NCBI GenBank assembly: GCA_030141605.1
Contig: JAQGDQ010000088.1
Span: forward strand, 186,001 to 250,000
Direction of reading: 5' to 3'
DNA: 64,000 nucleotides
DNA from: Tubiluchus corallicola
Lineage: Eukaryota; Animalia; Priapulida
Shown piece by piece: positions 62,996 through 64,000 of this stretch (the stretch's first letter is position 1; each line of letters begins with the position of its first letter). The notes under the pieces are model-generated. The model was not told the DNA's origin. It did not search any database and was given only the letters and a program-made list of their open reading frames with translations. The translations under genes and the position numbers were made by a program.

Positions 62996-64000
62996 GTATA
63001 CTGAATCATATTAAACTGGCAGGACGTAAATAATTTTATATCTCTAGTTTTTTAGGGTTGCGCCTTTTTTTGTGTACAATTTCTTTGAGCTACACTGAAC
63101 ATTCGTTTATCACCTCATGGATTTTTACATTTTTATACAAATCACTCCAAGCGAGGCCAATGGCCAGGTAAGTAGTTAGAGCCAGTAAGTAAAAAAATCA
63201 ATCCTGCTCCAGGGAAGTTTAATTCCTTTAATTAATGGTTGGTATCTGATGGCGTTCTTCTCGAAGGAATTAGCGAGGAAACAATGTTTAATAAAGACAA
63301 GATGCCTAATGGAAAAATTAATAAATTGTTGTTTGTTGATGAGCCTATATCAGCATGGACAATCAGCGCAATAAGCAGATACCGATAAAGGGCTACCACA
63401 AATTGTCTGCTACTGTAGTGTTAGCATACTACTTAAGCTGAGATAAGATTGTTGTAGACAAATAATAGTAACAACAATGATGTGGCAACAAATATAGACT
63501 ATTTAGGTGCTTATTAAAGATGCAGATATTATATCGATAATAAAAGGTATATTTATAGAATAAAAAATAATGTAGAACGATTCGTGTCGAATTTGGTGTT
63601 TTGTATCTTTTATTACTTCTTAACGGCTGCTTTGTGGTATGCTGTTTGGAAGCATTAGTTGCAGTGCCATCATAAAAAACAACAGAATTTGCTTAGCTGA
63701 GGTATTAAAGCTTTATGTGGTAGTCAACTACAGTAAGTCTGGCATAGGAGAGACTAGAGTACCTAGATTATTAGAGAGAGGTCTTTGATGGTGAGTGATC
63801 GATGTTAGGTAATAACTTTTAGGAATTCTGTTTTAGAAATCTTCTATGGTAGACTTGGTGTGTAGCTAAGCTGACCAACTGGACATGGCCTTTTAATTTT
63901 CTACATTTAATTTTGTGTTTTCTGCTAGTTGTTAATCTATAAAATTATGTACATTTTGTCTGAACAGTATGTTTAAATTTTTTGTGATTGCAGTGCAAAG

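Overview
AT-rich, intron-rich animal (invertebrate-like) genomic DNA; it is not prokaryotic and has no CRISPR array. Five spliced genes were reconstructed by hand from GT-AG sites and reading-frame phase: (1) a polypeptide GalNAc-transferase of the GALNT1/13-pgant5 type (- strand, runs off the left edge); (2) complete Arp3, 418 aa (+); (3) an uncharacterised ~903-aa, mostly low-complexity protein with a GTSE1-like DEVFFGP motif (+); (4) complete Cdk5, 295 aa (-); (5) the first two coding exons of a probable SMARCD/BAF60 (+). GALNT/Arp3 and Cdk5/SMARCD are head-to-head pairs. Introns and intergenic DNA hold decayed LINEs, hAT and Tc1/pogo elements and MITEs. The most notable items are: a full-length 5S rRNA copy fused, without a terminator, to an apparently bipartite RTE-derived body (candidate new 5S-headed SINE) in Cdk5 intron 1; a 28 x 60-bp minisatellite with higher-order structure born inside a dead hAT transposase in the last Arp3 intron; a U12-like donor and a Cys157->Trp change in Cdk5; the orphan gene; and gene linkage resembling human 7q36/2q. 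Family assignments come from remembered motifs, not database searches.
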